DNA of 63,635 nt, filler included, from Folioceros fuciformis (Eukaryota): the NCBI GenBank assembly GCA_049999805.1. It is 15 parts of 15 records of this genome, joined end to end, with 100 filler letters (N's around TTAATTAATTAA, not from the genome) between each part and the next. Parts side by side here need not be neighbours in the genome. Positions count along the whole stretch, not along the records: positions 62,604 to 63,635 come from JBNGIO010002260.1; 14 more parts are not named here. One strand, 5' to 3'. The notes under the pieces were generated by a model. The model saw nothing but the letters and a program-made list of their open reading frames with translations, was not told the origin of the DNA and did not search any database. A program made the translations under genes and the position numbers. Shown here in pieces: positions 62,660 through 63,635 of the stretch. Every line of letters begins with the position of its first letter. Position 1 is the first letter of the stretch.

Positions 62660-63629
62660 TAGGTTTTTCGTGAAAAAATGGTTTTTCAAACTTTGAATAT
62701 GTTGAATACGGATGTTACCCACAAGTGTCTTGTAGGCGAGGCATGGTGTCCACTTTTGAACAAGGAACAGGTGCAAAATATTTGCTATTCCAATGAGAGG
62801 CTGATCTTGCATAATTTTATCTTACATCTTCTTGTACTTAAATTATCTTTAGAAAGGTACTTATAAAACTAAAAGGTTAAACCCTAATATTTCTTAATTA
62901 ACCAAATTATGCTCTTCTCCATTTCAAGGGTAGATTAGGTTCAAGAAGCACTTCGACATGTAGCAACACATAGCAACACTAGAGTCTTGACCATTTTGGA
63001 AGTGTTGCAAACAAACGAGACACCACCAACATTATTTTTGACTAACAAATATACTGCACCGTATCAAGGAATAGTGCATGCATATGGGTTAGAGAGAGAA
63101 CTAACCATGAAATTTGTTGCACTCCTAATTTAAATTTATCATCTTAATTATATATTTGACACATAAAATAATGAAATCATACAATTTGGTTTTTTTTTTA
63201 AATAAAATTGTCCTTCAATATGAAACGCAGTGTTGCACGATACCAAGAAGCAAATCCAGCAGTCTTCACCATAGTCACATTTCCCTTCTTCTTTGCTGTA
63301 ATGTTTGGAGACTGTGGACATGGAATAGCTCTATTCTTAGCAGCAATGTGGCTCATCCTTAACGAAGAAAAAATGGGTAGTCAGGTTACATAATAGCCCT
63401 TCTCCTTAGCTTCCTTCACATTGACTATTTTATTATTACACTGTTCTTGATTTCAGTAATATATCCAGAAATTGGGTGATATTATGGACATGGCATTTGG
63501 TGGACGATATATCATTCTCCCAATGGCATTAAGTTCTATTTACACAGGATTCATCTACAACGAGTTTTTTTCCCTTCCGTTCGAGCTATTTGGGAAGAGT
63601 GCATATGTTTGTCGGGTACCAGATTGTAG
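62660..63629 (+). CDS. VHA-a: V-type proton ATPase subunit a, four internal exons (partial, divergent)
   Basis: [21 protein letters not shown] / [17 protein letters not shown] (62939-63087) / [31 protein letters not shown] (63231-63384) / [28 protein letters not shown]. Confidence 0.9.
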
Positions 63630-63635
63630 GTAATG

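Overview
Nuclear DNA of a seed-free land plant, most plausibly a fern (inferred from a PPR protein with a DYW:KP-like deaminase variant). The window is not continuous: 15 short contigs are joined by 14 artificial 100-nt spacers (N44-TTAATTAATTAA-N44). Host genes: a PLS-PPR-E-DYW editing factor, an EEF2KMT/FAM86 methyltransferase, an SDR42E1-like dehydrogenase, a conserved unknown plant protein, a Ycf49/DUF2499-like protein, a probable ARM-repeat gene, the 5' part of RAPTOR and internal exons of V-ATPase subunit a. Most of the rest is nested, decayed Ty1/Copia, Ty3/Gypsy and LINE sequence, solo LTRs and satellites. The standout is a Ty3/Gypsy element (~47.8-53.2 kb, minus strand). Its polyprotein carries a DNMT3-like C5-cytosine DNA methyltransferase domain between protease and reverse transcriptase, plus a PHD finger after the integrase, so the element encodes both a chromatin writer and a reader. 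This copy is pseudogenised. Also notable: a candidate U-to-C editing factor, two divergent genes whose start codons are 0-33 bp apart, and a possibly myristoylated extra ORF upstream of gag in Copia leaders.
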